A DNA stretch of 64,000 nucleotides from Candidatus Vogelbacteria bacterium (GCA_021414225.1 JAIOOX010000001.1:6624-70623); one strand, 5' to 3'; counted from the stretch's first letter, positions 12,775-23,605 are shown. Numbers and translations are program-made. The notes: generated by a model not told the origin, from the sequence alone.

Positions 12775-13170
12775 TTATTTAAGCTCGACCTGACCACCAG
12801 CGGCTTCGATAGCCTTCTTGATAGTTTCAGCTTCTTCCTTCTTAGCACCTTCCTTAACATTAGCAGGAGCAGCATCAACAATATCTTTAGCTTCCTTAAG
12901 ACCAAGACCCAGGGCGTCTTTGATAGCCTTAATCACTTGAACTTTTTGATCGCCAACCGCTTTCAAGACTACTGTGAAAGAGTCTTTCTCTTCAGCCGCT
13001 CCCTCACTAGCTCCAGCGCCACCAGCGACAACCATTGCTTGAGCAGAAACACCAAACTTTTCTTCTAACACTTTTACCAATTCATGAAGTTCCAACACAC
13101 TCATTGACTCAACTTTTTCTACCAAGTCTTTGAATTTAGCCGGCACTTCTACCGCTTTTGTTTCTTCCAT
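12775..13170 (-). CDS. rplL: 50S ribosomal protein bL12
   Basis: [33 protein letters not shown]. Confidence 0.97.
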   Translation of the reverse strand: MEETKAVEVPAKFKDLVEKVESMSVLELHELVKVLEEKFGVSAQAMVVAGGAGASEGAAEEKDSFTVVLKAVGDQKVQVIKAIKDALGLGLKEAKDIVDAAPANVKEGAKKEEAETIKKAIEAAGGQVELK

Positions 13171-13202
13171 AATAATTATCTTAATATTTGGATTAATAAT
13201 AT

Positions 13203-13697
13203 TTAGTTCGAATCTTTTTTATCAGCTATCTGACCAAGTGTCATCACAAAACTCTGGATCGGCCAATTGATCATATTTACAAATTGACCATACAGAACTT
13301 CACGAGTAGGTACCTTGGCTAGAGCAGTCATGTAGACCGCATCAGCATAATTATTTTCGAACACTCCGCCAACAATCGAAATCTGGGCTGGATTTATTTT
13401 CTGAAATTCATAAACCCCTTTAGCCGCTTCTAATGGGTCTTCACCGTAAGCTACCGCAATCTCACCTGGCAGTTCTGGCATAGAACCATTGATAGCACTG
13501 TTACTGAAACCAATCTTGATTAAGGTTTTCTTAGCTACAAAATAGCCAATCCCCTTATCTCGAAGTGATTTTCGAATCGTAGTTGCAACTCCAACAGGTA
13601 AACCATGAAATTTAACAAAGACGACTGACTTGGCACTGCCAGCCACGTCGCTAAGTTTTTTCACAATTGCTTGTTTTTTGTCTTTAGTAATTGCCAT
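13203..13697 (-). CDS. rplJ: 50S ribosomal protein uL10
   Basis: Start set at MAITKDKK (13697); FHGL, VAKKTL, PTREVL; directly upstream of rplL. Confidence 0.95.
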   Translation of the reverse strand: MAITKDKKQAIVKKLSDVAGSAKSVVFVKFHGLPVGVATTIRKSLRDKGIGYFVAKKTLIKIGFSNSAINGSMPELPGEIAVAYGEDPLEAAKGVYEFQKINPAQISIVGGVFENNYADAVYMTALAKVPTREVLYGQFVNMINWPIQSFVMTLGQIADKKDSN

Positions 13698-13796
13698 TGT
13701 TTTTGAGTAAAATAAAAAACGGCTCTTCGCCGCCGTCTCGACCGCCACACTGTTTATATCTAAACCACCACACAGTGTAGGGTTATCTTCCAGTGG

Positions 13797-13833
13797 GCCT
13801 CAGTAGGTCTTATAAATGCCTACTTTCTACGGC
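13797..13833 (-). ncRNA. L10 leader (rplJ autoregulatory RNA) core
   Basis: GCCGTAGAAAGTAGG-CATTTATAAGA-CCTACTGAGGC matches the kink-turn core of L10 leaders, upstream of rplJ. Confidence 0.75.
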
Positions 13834-13997
13834 TTGGCTAAAAGCTTACCACGCTAAGGAGCTTTGTCAATAATGGAGAGTTAAGATCGCCTCTTTCATA
13901 AGCCCCCACACTATAAACCACCCCCAAACCAAATAGAATTAGTACTAAAAAACCAATTGTCATGCGCCAAAATTTAGGATTAAAATCTACCATATAA

Positions 13998-15410
13998 TTA
14001 TCTACCAATTATATCGTGAATCATCTTAAAACCAAGACTTGGTATATTTTTAAAAGAATCATACCAGCTAGCCGGCTTATCTATTACGATTGAAATAGTT
14101 CCAACCCCAGCCACCTGATTAGAACTGGTAGAGCTCACTATTTTAGTGGGTTCATCCTCAACCGCTATTACTTTTTCTTTTTTAGCTAAAGATGATTGTT
14201 GAGGAGCTAAAGTATTTACTTGATTAGAAATCAAAGCCAACCGGGATTCTATTTCCGCTAGACTAGATACCAAATGATCACTTTGACCTGTTGTTATTAA
14301 TGGGTTTAAAGTAGTCGCCAAGTTTTTATTCTGGGGATCTTTCAAAAAAATATTTTGAGTGGTCGATCCAATCGTAAAACCCAAAATCCCAAAAGCCACT
14401 GGCAGATGACCACCAGGCACAATCAAGGTGTCGGTGGGAAAAACAAAGTCTTGCGAACCATCCCCTATCCTCCAATCACCAATATTAACTTCTCGGTTGG
14501 ATTTATTTTTTAAAATTAAATACCCAGACAAGAAGTCAATTACTTCTATCTCTACTTCTGGTTTAGTGACGACCACCCTAGTTCGCGAAACCGCTTTCTC
14601 GGTACCGGATACAGCGTTGAGAACTATCTCATAAGTACCGGGTAGGGCATAAGCATGTCTCACTGATTTACCTACATAGCTAGTCCCATCCCCAAAACTC
14701 CAAGTAAATGATGGGTTGAAAAAATCACCACCTCTTGTCACCACAGCATCAAAAGACACCAAGTTGCCAACCACACTTATTTGTTCTCGACCGGCGCTGA
14801 CTTCAAATTTTATGGGACTGGCGGTTGAACTAAGGGTCACCGAACTAGAGTGAGCTGAGGATGTCCCCCCACTAGAACTGTTGGTCGCGTTAGAGACTTC
14901 AGCAGTCACTGTGGTAGTCGAGGTGGTCGATGTTTCTTCCTCAGAATCACTGTCTCCATTAGGTAGCGAAACAGTTACTGTTTTTTGGTAAGTTTCCCAA
15001 TCGTTGTTTTCAGGCGACCATGTATCACAAGAAGTTGTTACTTCACTTGGTCGCAAAAAAGTTTTTAACGAGAAAACAGTCTCAGACACTCCATTTAAAC
15101 TAAAATAAAAATTACGATTACTGACCCCGTTTTCGTTTTTAGGGATATTACTTTTTATTTTAGACCCGATCTCAACTTTAGAACTACTGAAGAAAGTTCC
15201 TCCCGCTGAAGATTCTAATTCAAAACAAGTAGTTAACGTTCTAGAATTTAAGGCTCTAACTGTAATTGAGTTTTGCTCAGAAGCACCAATAATACTATTT
15301 CCTTCATCGTTACCCACTAAGACAATATATTCTCCATTAGCTAAAACCAACTTCGGTAAAAATACTAGATTTAAAATCACTAAACCGATTAAACAAAGTT
15401 TATTTGTCAT
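13998..15410 (-). CDS. Secreted PKD-domain/lamin-tail-like surface protein
   Basis: Signal peptide from MTNKL; Ser/Thr linker; WSFGDG...HAY..PGTY PKD motif; LKNKSNREVNIGDWRI. Confidence 0.75.
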   Translation of the reverse strand: MTNKLCLIGLVILNLVFLPKLVLANGEYIVLVGNDEGNSIIGASEQNSITVRALNSRTLTTCFELESSAGGTFFSSSKVEIGSKIKSNIPKNENGVSNRNFYFSLNGVSETVFSLKTFLRPSEVTTSCDTWSPENNDWETYQKTVTVSLPNGDSDSEEETSTTSTTTVTAEVSNATNSSSGGTSSAHSSSVTLSSTASPIKFEVSAGREQISVVGNLVSFDAVVTRGGDFFNPSFTWSFGDGTSYVGKSVRHAYALPGTYEIVLNAVSGTEKAVSRTRVVVTKPEVEIEVIDFLSGYLILKNKSNREVNIGDWRIGDGSQDFVFPTDTLIVPGGHLPVAFGILGFTIGSTTQNIFLKDPQNKNLATTLNPLITTGQSDHLVSSLAEIESRLALISNQVNTLAPQQSSLAKKEKVIAVEDEPTKIVSSTSSNQVAGVGTISIVIDKPASWYDSFKNIPSLGFKMIHDIIGR

Positions 15411-15515
15411 CGTTTTAAATATTAAGACTATATCTATAATCTTAATCCTAGCTAAACCGACTGACAAAAATGTTTTCCCCACCCTATCAATACCAAGGAT
15501 AGCCCTCGCTAAAGA

Positions 15516-16556
15516 TTAGTATTTAATCTGATCAACAAGAAGGCCATTGGCATCATACAAGGTAATGGTTTCTCGCTCTTTTGCCCACATCTCCCAGACT
15601 TGACCCAAGTAAACTCGCCACTCCCCTTTGAAAAAATCGTCATCCCCTGAATGGTATTTTAAACAACTTTGGTAGTTGAAATGCTCTTTCAAATAATTTT
15701 TACACAAATTAGAGAAGCCATCGATACCATCGACGTAACTACCTCGGACCACTTCATTACCAATCCTCTTATAGTCCGAAATGTCAGGAGTCCGGCAACG
15801 CCCTAATCTCTGAGTGACATACTTGTAACATTTTTCCGCTAACTGCGGTACGCCAATTTCTTTTCGAGGGTCAGGACAAGTGAGTGGTAAAGACGGCACA
15901 AAATTATAATCAGGTGTCTGTTCAATATAACCAGTACACTTATTGGTTTTAAAGCTACGAGTAATATCAAAATCAGTACGAATTGCAGTAGGGCTACCCG
16001 TTGTCACAATGGCCCTCTCACCAGCCTTGAGAGTAATGGGACCCACCACATCATGGTCTAGCCCCGTAAATAAAACTGAACCGAAAGGAATAGCCACTCG
16101 TTTTGAGACACCTGTCACTATTTCACCATTTTGTTCATAATATCGATTATTAAATCCATTTTCCAAGATCCAACCGGAAATATTAACTTCTCCTTTATTA
16201 TTAGAAGCAGCTTGTAAAGTAATATATTCTTCACTGGAGCGGTAAGACGAACCAGCATTACCCCTCCCTAATTTTATTTTTCCCTTCCAAGGTGAGGTAG
16301 TAGAAAAACTATTATTGGAGTTACCAACACTGTTTGACCCAGACCCGGCAGAACTTTGGTTATTATTATCAATACTAGAACTATTATTTGGGTCAAAGTT
16401 AACTTTTGGTACAGCTATTTGCAACGAAGCTGGTGTTAAAAACAAAGACTCATTGCTCTGTTTTTTACTGATTTGACCACTACCAGTCCACAAAGCAAAC
16501 AAGGCTCCAATAACCAAAAAGAAAAAAAGTAAGTCATTTTGAAAACCTCCAGACAT
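15516..16556 (-). CDS. Membrane-anchored Cys-containing surface protein, lamin-tail-like segments
   Basis: N-terminal TM, N/S-rich linker, EYITL..VNISGWIL, ETITLYDANG. Confidence 0.6.
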   Translation of the reverse strand: MSGGFQNDLLFFFLVIGALFALWTGSGQISKKQSNESLFLTPASLQIAVPKVNFDPNNSSSIDNNNQSSAGSGSNSVGNSNNSFSTTSPWKGKIKLGRGNAGSSYRSSEEYITLQAASNNKGEVNISGWILENGFNNRYYEQNGEIVTGVSKRVAIPFGSVLFTGLDHDVVGPITLKAGERAIVTTGSPTAIRTDFDITRSFKTNKCTGYIEQTPDYNFVPSLPLTCPDPRKEIGVPQLAEKCYKYVTQRLGRCRTPDISDYKRIGNEVVRGSYVDGIDGFSNLCKNYLKEHFNYQSCLKYHSGDDDFFKGEWRVYLGQVWEMWAKERETITLYDANGLLVDQIKY

Positions 16557-16627
16557 AAGATTATATTAATTGTACTACAAAATTAACCAGTCTGACTATT
16601 GATTAGAGTCTGAAAACAAAAAACTAA

Positions 16628-18133
16628 TTACTGAGCTTTGACTTCAATCTTGTCGCCAGCCACCAAACCCTCAATCACCTCCACTAGACCATTATCACCA
16701 TAGATACCCAATTTGACGGGAGTGGCAACCACTTGGCCGTTAATGTATTTTTTCACAGTTGATACTCCTTTGTCAGTGGTAATAGCATAGACAGGCACAA
16801 CCACTACCTGATCTTTAGAATCAGTGGTAATAGATAAATTAGCGGTCAGACCATTTTTTAAGCGCTCGTCTTTTTCAGTAAAAGAGACTTTGATTTTGTA
16901 GTTAACCACCCCATCGATCAAAGTTTCAGCTGGATCAATATAGAAAACCTCGCCAGAAAAATTTTCACCAGGAAAAGCGTCCAAGGTAATGGTCGACTTC
17001 TGACCTACTTTTATTTTACCAATATTTATCTCCGGAATATTAGCTTCCACTTCGAAGGAATCAGGATTAAGGATGGAGACCAAAACTTCACCAGCAGAAA
17101 CCGATTCACCCACTTTAGCTTCTTGTTTGGTAACGACACCCGAAATAGGTGCCGTTAAAGACAACTTCGAAAGGAGGGCTTGCTTTTCAGCTACCTGAGC
17201 TTCTGCTTGTTTAATCTGAGCACTCTGAGTTGAAACTTGCCCGTTGCTCAACTCCGCCGCACTTAGACGAGCACTATTCCAATCTTGACTAAATGAAGAA
17301 ATATTGGAAATTTTTTCATTAACGCTTGTCCGAGCTGAGGAGATTGTGGATTTATAGTTATTAATAGTCGATAAATAACTATAGTCCCCAGTATCAAAAG
17401 AATTAACTCCTAAAGAAATATCATCTAACAATGTCTGTATCGCTTCTAGTCTATTGCGAGTAATATTGATAGATTTTTCTTTATCTTTTAGAAAATCTGG
17501 ACCATAAATATCTGCTTTCCACTCTTCGAGGATGCGGTCAACCCTTCTCTTGCCAGTTGAAATTTTACTTCTTAAAACGTAATCATTTGTACTCAAGCTA
17601 ACACTCTGACCATTATCATAAAACTGAATTTCAAATGAAGGTGAGGATGAATTGGGATTTTTAAAAAATTGATTTACATAGTTCTTTAAAATATCATCGG
17701 CCGAAAAATAGGCACCACGCAAAGAGTCATCTAAATTTCTCTCCACATCTCCTAAAGATATTTTAGAGTCATTCAGTTTTGCTTTCTGATAATCTAGATT
17801 AGCTTGAGTTGAACTCAACTCCGCATAAGCTTTATTTTTATCCAGACTAACTAAAATCTGACCAACTCCAACAGTGCCACCTACCCGAGGACCAACAAAT
17901 GAAACTAAACCCGTTTGCTCAAAAGCTAGGTCAACATAACTTTCCGCCCTAGTTTCTCCGGCCACCGAGACAGTCTGAGTAATAGGTCCAGCCGACACAG
18001 AATAACTCTCGACTGCATTACTAGTATTTCTTAAAAAGAAAAAGGCTATCAATGCCAGAGCTAAAATGGACAGTCCCCCTATCCACCAGTATCTTTTTCT
18101 TAGTTTAAATTGTTTTTCAAAAATATTTATCAT
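16628..18133 (-). CDS. Periplasmic adaptor/membrane fusion protein (HlyD/MacA-like)
   Basis: N-terminal TM, long coiled coil, LTAPISGVV, GQKSTITLDAFP, VEVIEGL. Confidence 0.88.
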   Translation of the reverse strand: MINIFEKQFKLRKRYWWIGGLSILALALIAFFFLRNTSNAVESYSVSAGPITQTVSVAGETRAESYVDLAFEQTGLVSFVGPRVGGTVGVGQILVSLDKNKAYAELSSTQANLDYQKAKLNDSKISLGDVERNLDDSLRGAYFSADDILKNYVNQFFKNPNSSSPSFEIQFYDNGQSVSLSTNDYVLRSKISTGKRRVDRILEEWKADIYGPDFLKDKEKSINITRNRLEAIQTLLDDISLGVNSFDTGDYSYLSTINNYKSTISSARTSVNEKISNISSFSQDWNSARLSAAELSNGQVSTQSAQIKQAEAQVAEKQALLSKLSLTAPISGVVTKQEAKVGESVSAGEVLVSILNPDSFEVEANIPEINIGKIKVGQKSTITLDAFPGENFSGEVFYIDPAETLIDGVVNYKIKVSFTEKDERLKNGLTANLSITTDSKDQVVVVPVYAITTDKGVSTVKKYINGQVVATPVKLGIYGDNGLVEVIEGLVAGDKIEVKAQ

Positions 18134-18182
18134 TAGTCAATTGAAGCATACCTAGTTTAAATAATAAAGGCTTTGGTAAAGT

Positions 18183-20177
18183 TTATATTTGTCTAAAAAA
18201 GAATAAGTCCAGGTCTGGAAAAGTTTTAATAGATTTTTCTACGTAAGCGACCACCTCCTGACTCTGTTTAATTTTAGGATTAAGCGCCAAACCACGACTA
18301 GAAAACTCTCTAGCCAAATCAAACTTTCTCATATAAACATAAGCGACGGCTTTCATCCAGTAAGGTTGGGGACTTTGGGGAACTAGTTCTATCGCTTTAT
18401 CTAGAACCTGCTGGGCCTCGACTAGATTGTTATCACCAAATAACATCGAGTAAATTAAAACATCAGCCAAACCTAAATGGGCTCTAAAATTATCCGGATT
18501 ATTTTTTAAGTACTCTCTATACTCATCCTTGATGATCAACAACTCCTGTCTGATACTTTCTACTTTTTTAGGGTTTTCTAAAACCTTAGGATTTTCAGCC
18601 ACCCCTCTCTGGAAATCAGTCATCGTTCTCCATAAAATAGCTTGTTTATCAATTTTCGATCCAAACAAAGCTGGGTAAAGTGGAATTCTTTTGTCTGTAT
18701 CACCCACCATCCTCAACTGCCCATTAGCCACCTGTGAGTTTAGAAAAGGATACAACCCGTAAATTAAAGAAAAAATAGTAAGAATGGTGACCACTCCAGC
18801 AGATAAGTACTGACCCACTAGTCCAAACTGTATTTCTTTATTTTGGTAAGACCAATTTCTGTGGAACAGTACCGCAGCGGACACAAACATAAAACCTAGG
18901 ATTGGATAGGAGATCGAAGTGTCAAAAGCGGTTTGTAGTTCTAATAAATGTAGCGGAAAGTAAACAGCCAAAATCACTGCCAATAATTTATCCTCTTGCT
19001 CTGAGGCGTTTAGAGCCACATAGATCAAAGATAGTAGAGAGACTATGTAGACCAATAAATAGAGGCTCAAGCCCACCAGACCATTGTCCACCAATTGATC
19101 AATAAAGATATTGTGGGCCCGATCAAACCAGGCCTCCCCTCCATATTCATTCTGTAGTAACCGATTATCATAGTTAACCTCAAACACTCTTTCAAAATTA
19201 TCCTGACCAAAACCTAGATAAGGCCTTTGGGAGATGGCTTGCTCAGAAACTGACCACACCAAAGGTCTAGCCGCAGAGGATTGACTCAAGTAAAAATTAC
19301 GGACCAACCCCCCAGAAGACAGCAGAGAGAAAATAAGAAATACTATCCCAATAAACACACCCCCAGCCAAAGTATAACTTAATATTGATCTTAATTTATG
19401 ATCTTTAATTTTAGCTAGCAACCAAACAAAAATTAAACTAACCAGGGATAGGATAACAACGTAGGTGGTCGCTCGGGCTTCGCCAATTATACCGTCAGAA
19501 AAATCGCCTCGCCAAATTTTGCTACTTATAATATAAGGATTTACCAGTAAACTAACTGGTAGTAGATACAGCCACCATTTCTTAACTTTTTCTTTAGCTA
19601 CAAAATAAACAGACAACATAAAAGTAGCAAAAAGATACATCGCCGCGAAACTGGAGTTACCAAAAGTAAAACCGTCGTTTGGATTAGATTTGAACAATAA
19701 ACCTAGACCCTCTGGACCTAATACTGACAAGATGGAGTAGAAACTAGTTGATAAACAAATAATTAAAATAAGCCGGTCATGTTTAGACCGATCATTAACT
19801 ATAACAAGACTCATTAAAACCAAAACAATACCTAGACTGATAAAATACCAAAGCCCAGTCATTCGAGTAATCACCGACCAAAATGAGTTAGATAAACTTA
19901 AACCCAAAAAACCCGATAAACAAACAGATCCCAGATACAAGGTTAAAGATAAAAAGATGGGTGATTTAGCTATAACCAGCTTTCTTTTGCTTGAAAAAAT
20001 AAAACCCAAAAAAACCAAACTAAGCAGTATTGAAAAAATTACTAAATTAACAGATCTAGTGGTTGACCCAGAGTATAAAAAAGAACCGTACAAGATAAAT
20101 GGAAAAGACCCAAAAAACAAATAGATTAAATATTCTATAACCACTAAATACGAGGACTTTTCTTTGTTTATTAGCAT
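18183..20177 (-). CDS. O-antigen ligase/O-oligosaccharyltransferase-like protein with C-terminal TPR
   Basis: Multi-TM; TFGN, RPYLGFG, FDRAHNIFID; TPR-like tail; start set at MLINK (20177), 7 nt after TATAAT. Confidence 0.85.
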   Translation of the reverse strand: MLINKEKSSYLVVIEYLIYLFFGSFPFILYGSFLYSGSTTRSVNLVIFSILLSLVFLGFIFSSKRKLVIAKSPIFLSLTLYLGSVCLSGFLGLSLSNSFWSVITRMTGLWYFISLGIVLVLMSLVIVNDRSKHDRLILIICLSTSFYSILSVLGPEGLGLLFKSNPNDGFTFGNSSFAAMYLFATFMLSVYFVAKEKVKKWWLYLLPVSLLVNPYIISSKIWRGDFSDGIIGEARATTYVVILSLVSLIFVWLLAKIKDHKLRSILSYTLAGGVFIGIVFLIFSLLSSGGLVRNFYLSQSSAARPLVWSVSEQAISQRPYLGFGQDNFERVFEVNYDNRLLQNEYGGEAWFDRAHNIFIDQLVDNGLVGLSLYLLVYIVSLLSLIYVALNASEQEDKLLAVILAVYFPLHLLELQTAFDTSISYPILGFMFVSAAVLFHRNWSYQNKEIQFGLVGQYLSAGVVTILTIFSLIYGLYPFLNSQVANGQLRMVGDTDKRIPLYPALFGSKIDKQAILWRTMTDFQRGVAENPKVLENPKKVESIRQELLIIKDEYREYLKNNPDNFRAHLGLADVLIYSMLFGDNNLVEAQQVLDKAIELVPQSPQPYWMKAVAYVYMRKFDLAREFSSRGLALNPKIKQSQEVVAYVEKSIKTFPDLDLFFFRQI

Positions 20178-20199
20178 ATGTTTTATTATAAACCACTGT

Positions 20200-20252
20200 T
20201 TGTAAAACAACAAAAAACCGCCCAATCGGGCGGTTTTTTGTTGTTTTACAAC
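20200..20252 (-). terminator. Long hairpin terminator after the S-layer-like gene
   Basis: TTGTAAAACAACAAAAAACCG...CGGTTTTTTGTTGTTTTACAA. Confidence 0.8.
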
Positions 20253-20280
20253 AATTACAAAGTAACGAACTCTACTATAA

Positions 20281-22257
20281 TTAGTTAAGAGTTGCGTTAA
20301 CCTTAAATGAGTTAAGGTTTGAAGTGTAAGCGTTGTTTGGAGTAGCGTCAGTCTCATCAGTTGTCCAACTAACACCTCCCAATTTAACTTGGAAGTTGCC
20401 ACTAGAACCAGCTGCTGGCAATGAAACGGTTGTAGTCAACTCAAATGTTGCACTTTCACCATCTTCAATTGTCCAAGTACCAGCTGAAGTTACTGTAGGC
20501 TCTACAGTGTCCACGTTAATAATACGAGTTGATACACCACCAACAGTGGCAGTACCATTTCGATCAACGTTAACAGTAGTGTAACCAGCTGTAACACCAG
20601 TAAGTTGTTTATCTGACAGTGATGATACGTAAATAGTATCACCACTTGCAGTTACCTTAAACTTGATGACGAAATCACCAGAGTCGTTATTCGCTACAGC
20701 GTTATCGGCTACAGGTTTAGGAGTAACACTAACCAATGTCAAACTAATACCACTGGTTCGTAATTCTTGAGCTTCACCAGTAGCAGTACCTGATTTCTCT
20801 GAAGAGTCAGAAAGTTGATCACCTTCTTCGTTTTCAACATCCATCAAGTTACGGTTACTTGTAGTAACATCAGCCTTCAAAGTAGCACCGTTTACGAAGA
20901 TTGAGCCGTCAACATCGTTAACATCAGCTAATACTTCGAATTCAACAGTATCACCAGCATCTAAAGCTAGATCAAGGTTGTCGAAAGTTACAGTACCAGC
21001 AAGAGCGGCAGTTACACTCATGGTTTCAGTGTATTCCTTACCATCAATCTTAAGTGTTACTGAACCAGCAATGTCATCAACACCGTTAGCAGAACCACCG
21101 TTAGCAGTAGCTGTGAAAGTTACAGGGAACTCATCAAGAGTTGCATCTGAAGTACCTTCAAGCTTTAGCTTACCCTTAAGCAAAGTAACGTTATCAGTAT
21201 TTGATGAATCATCAACTTCAACGATACCAGCTTCTGGACTGTCTGAGTCAGTAGAGATCTTAAGTTCAGTATCAGCTGAACTTGAGAAACTAACGAAATC
21301 AATAGACACATCCATACCGTCAATATCACCAGTTGAAGTGTCTGTAGTTGAAACACCAGAACCATCAACGAAGCGAATACTGTCAATATCAACTGTCCAA
21401 GAATCACCTCCAATATCACCAGAATCTAGGTTATTAGCAGCATCAACTGAAATGAACAATTGAGCTGTTTTGTCAGCCTTGATTACAGCATTGGAAACAG
21501 AAATAGTTTTTGAGTAAACACTTCCATTTTCAGTGAAGTCATCTACATCAGCTGAGCCGATTTTAGTAGAACCCAACCAAATAGAAACTGAATCAATATA
21601 ATCATCAAGATTATCTGAACCAGATGTACCAGTTGAATCAAAACTTACTTTAACAGCAGTGATAGAAATATCACCGTCGTTAGAAGCCTCTACATCAGCT
21701 CCTAATACTTTAACACCCTCTTCACCATCACCTACCTCTTCACTGTTGTAAGAACCAAGTTCATCAACATCTGAAAGAGTTCCGAATGAACCAGTCAAAG
21801 GACCAGTAGTTGCTGGAGTACCAGGAGTTGCTGGAGTACCAGGAGTACCAGCCATAGCGTTAAGCGCGGTTCGTGAGATAGGACCCACGTAACCAGCTGC
21901 TGGAGAAATACCAGCAGCAGCTTGCCACTTAGCAACAGCTGCTTGGGTCAAAGGACCAAAGTTGCCATAAGCAACACCAGCAGGCATAACCAAGTAACCC
22001 TTAGCAACCAAAACTTTTTGAAGTTCAGTTACATCAGCACCAGTAGAACCGATAGTCAAATTACTAGTAAATTGGTAACCACCAGTAGATGTACCAGTAG
22101 TGGTTGTACCACCTTGTAGCTGAGCAATCATTGCTGTTAACTGAGCAATTTGGGCCTTAAGTGCATCAACATCAACTGTTTGAGCACTAGCAGGAACTGC
22201 TACAGCAACAAGCATGAAAGCGGCAACTGCCAAAGCAGAGATTTTTTTCATACTCAT
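20281..22257 (-). CDS. S-layer-like surface protein with peptidoglycan-binding domain
   Basis: Signal peptide; LTIGSTGADVTELQKVL...FGPLTQAAVAKWQ PG-binding motif; acidic S/T/D-rich beta body; strongly biased codons. Confidence 0.8.
   Translation of the reverse strand: MSMKKISALAVAAFMLVAVAVPASAQTVDVDALKAQIAQLTAMIAQLQGGTTTTGTSTGGYQFTSNLTIGSTGADVTELQKVLVAKGYLVMPAGVAYGNFGPLTQAAVAKWQAAAGISPAAGYVGPISRTALNAMAGTPGTPATPGTPATTGPLTGSFGTLSDVDELGSYNSEEVGDGEEGVKVLGADVEASNDGDISITAVKVSFDSTGTSGSDNLDDYIDSVSIWLGSTKIGSADVDDFTENGSVYSKTISVSNAVIKADKTAQLFISVDAANNLDSGDIGGDSWTVDIDSIRFVDGSGVSTTDTSTGDIDGMDVSIDFVSFSSSADTELKISTDSDSPEAGIVEVDDSSNTDNVTLLKGKLKLEGTSDATLDEFPVTFTATANGGSANGVDDIAGSVTLKIDGKEYTETMSVTAALAGTVTFDNLDLALDAGDTVEFEVLADVNDVDGSIFVNGATLKADVTTSNRNLMDVENEEGDQLSDSSEKSGTATGEAQELRTSGISLTLVSVTPKPVADNAVANNDSGDFVIKFKVTASGDTIYVSSLSDKQLTGVTAGYTTVNVDRNGTATVGGVSTRIINVDTVEPTVTSAGTWTIEDGESATFELTTTVSLPAAGSSGNFQVKLGGVSWTTDETDATPNNAYTSNLNSFKVNATLN
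21808..21850. repeat. 9/18-bp tandem repeat encoding GTPGTPATPGTPAT linker
   Basis: AGTTGCTGGAGTACCAGG twice plus partial copy. Confidence 0.8.
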
Positions 22258-22795
22258 AAATAAATAATATGTGAACTAATAATTTTAATTAACTAATCAA
22301 CCTTTTTATACTTCAAGACTTTACTGATTGTTTCCAATCTCAAATCCCAAAGTACGCACCATCTCAACTTTCGACGGTTTGACATAGTGCAGTTTGATTT
22401 CGATTTTTATTAACCTTGAACTACCTACTCCGCATTATATTAATGGTGCGTTTTGACAGCCAAGGGTTAATAAACAAAAGGGAAGAAATCTGATCGGCAG
22501 ACAGATAGATCGTGACGGAATTTATTTTTAACCTTATTTAATTTTCAAAGTTCAGTCAGCCGGACAACTAGCGACCAGATTACAACGTCAAAGATTATTA
22601 TACTATTGTCCAGCCTCACCCACCAAATTGATGGGCTTAATAATGTGGATAAGTAACAGTATTTTGACTCTGACGATCTCTGGAGGTTGTTTATTTTCCA
22701 CCAGTTCTCAGGCTCTAGTTTAACCTAAAATGGTCAAATAGTCAACGAAAACGTCTCCCTTTGCCCTAGACTTGAACACATGAAAATAATTATTT

Positions 22796-23605
22796 TTAAG
22801 AGACAAGCGTATAGCGACTCCACCGTCTATCCCCCTTTTTTCTAAGTAGTCCTTTTTCTACCATCAAAGACAAGTCACGTTGGATGGTTTTCATACTACA
22901 TTCCGGAACTACTGTGGCTATGTCCTTTATGGATAACCAACCTTTGTCTTTTAGAAAAGAAACAATCTTATCGTGTCTATCATTTTTTAAACCAGATTCA
23001 ACTTCTAACTTATCAGTCGCCTGTCGGTCTGAAGTTTTGTCTTTAATATTTCCGGTTTTTAATTCTTTGGAAAAAGACTGACCTTGAGGTAAATTTTTGG
23101 CGTTAGAAACTGTCCCTAAATAAGCTCTATCAGTCACCTGATTTTGGGTTGGCAAACTAGAATAACCAGGTTGTCGATCATAACCCGACAACATAAACAG
23201 GCGCATCGATTCACGAACCGAAGCATTAATATTATCAGCCAATTTTTGGTATTCCTCTCTAAGTAAAACTAAATTCATGGTGGAAACAGTTCCAGCCGAG
23301 ACCGCAACCGATACAAGGGTATTTAGATCGTTAATAGATTTGACTAAAGTATCAACATCAATGTTTTTATAAAAGACAAAGTCCTGACCGTAATCAGCCA
23401 TGTGCTCTGTTTCCACTTTTTTAATATCAGACAAAATACCTAAAGCTGATTCGCGTAACTTCCACTTCAACGGCTCGCTGTCCGATAAAAGCGAGGTCAC
23501 CAAATACAACGCCGAAGTTAGTCTTTCTGTTTTTAAGACAACAAAACCAAAGGCGGTATTATCCTTCAAAGTCAGGTTAGTTTGGTTGTCCTTTGTGTTG
23601 TCCAT
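22796..23605 (-). CDS. Helix-bundle plus C-terminal DeoR-like winged-HTH protein
   Basis: KTERLTSALYLVT...LKWKLR helical N-domain; SIKDIATVVPECSMKTIQRDL...KGDRRWSRY wHTH. Confidence 0.75.
   Translation of the reverse strand: MDNTKDNQTNLTLKDNTAFGFVVLKTERLTSALYLVTSLLSDSEPLKWKLRESALGILSDIKKVETEHMADYGQDFVFYKNIDVDTLVKSINDLNTLVSVAVSAGTVSTMNLVLLREEYQKLADNINASVRESMRLFMLSGYDRQPGYSSLPTQNQVTDRAYLGTVSNAKNLPQGQSFSKELKTGNIKDKTSDRQATDKLEVESGLKNDRHDKIVSFLKDKGWLSIKDIATVVPECSMKTIQRDLSLMVEKGLLRKKGDRRWSRYTLVS

Noticed and set aside
20178-20402. N-terminal extension of the ligase-TPR ORF overlapping the S-layer gene
   Set aside because: It crosses a terminator and another CDS; a -10 box supports the ATG at 20177.
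20333-21463. Long antisense ORFs inside the S-layer-like gene
   Set aside because: Shadow frames caused by biased codon usage; no recognisable motifs.
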